DNA from: Corallochytrium limacisporum Hawaii
Taxonomy: Eukaryota; Protista; Pluriformea
Reading direction: 5' to 3'
NCBI GenBank assembly: GCA_002811645.1
Contig: PDIP01000005.1
Span: 405,766-449,127, forward strand
DNA length: 43,362 nt
In this document: positions 43,087-43,362 of the stretch, piece after piece
Layout of the letters: the number at the start of each line of letters is the position of its first letter
Position numbering within the stretch: the stretch's first letter is position 1
Position numbers and translations under genes: made by a program
Notes under the pieces: model-generated
The model's database searches: none
The model's input: only the letters and a program-made list of their open reading frames with translations
What the model was told of the DNA's origin: nothing

Positions 43087-43362
43087 ATGGACATCCAGTT
43101 GAAATCATCTCAGTTGTCCTCGCTTCTCGACTTGTGTTTTGGCGAGTTGCTTCCCTGTATTCACCAAGACAGTGGGAAATCCGATCTAATTCATTTCAAT
43201 TACTCCCGCGGTTCCCCTTCGATGCCATCTCCCGTTTTCTCGATTCCAACTGGCAGGAAGGCTGACTTAGACAGGCCCAAGAGTTTATATACTATCCTCT
43301 GCGTCGAAATATTGCTCCAAATCACATTTAATCAACCGGAATAAGGAGGGAGGGAGAAATTC

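Noticed and set aside
1-43362. CRISPR arrays, rRNA, intact transposons, operon-like systems
   Set aside because: Eukaryotic sequence; no repeat-spacer array, rRNA-like segment, or RT/integrase/transposase ORF was seen.

Overview
Eukaryotic draft-assembly window with 7 N-gaps and many microsatellites. It carries seven protein-coding genes, each readable as one uninterrupted ORF: an RNF207-like RING/B-box/coiled-coil E3 ligase, a tandem-CCCH RNA-binding protein, the rRNA methyltransferase SPB1/FTSJ3, a large mitochondrial-type PPR protein, a multidomain cyclic-nucleotide phosphodiesterase, prefoldin-like UXT and an ataxin-3-type Josephin deubiquitinase. Animal-like genes without introns suggest an intron-poor unicellular holozoan such as Corallochytrium (inference only). 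The standout is 32779-36594. The N-terminal sensor module of soluble guanylate cyclase (H-NOX + H-NOBA/PAS) is fused, via a PDE8-like helical segment and a PH-like domain, to a class I PDE with cAMP-selective (PDE4-like) residues rather than to a cyclase. It is a candidate gas/heme-sensing or sGC-docking cAMP phosphodiesterase. Its H-NOX keeps the proximal His but has lost the YxSxR motif. All family assignments are by-eye motif comparisons from memory; no searches were run.
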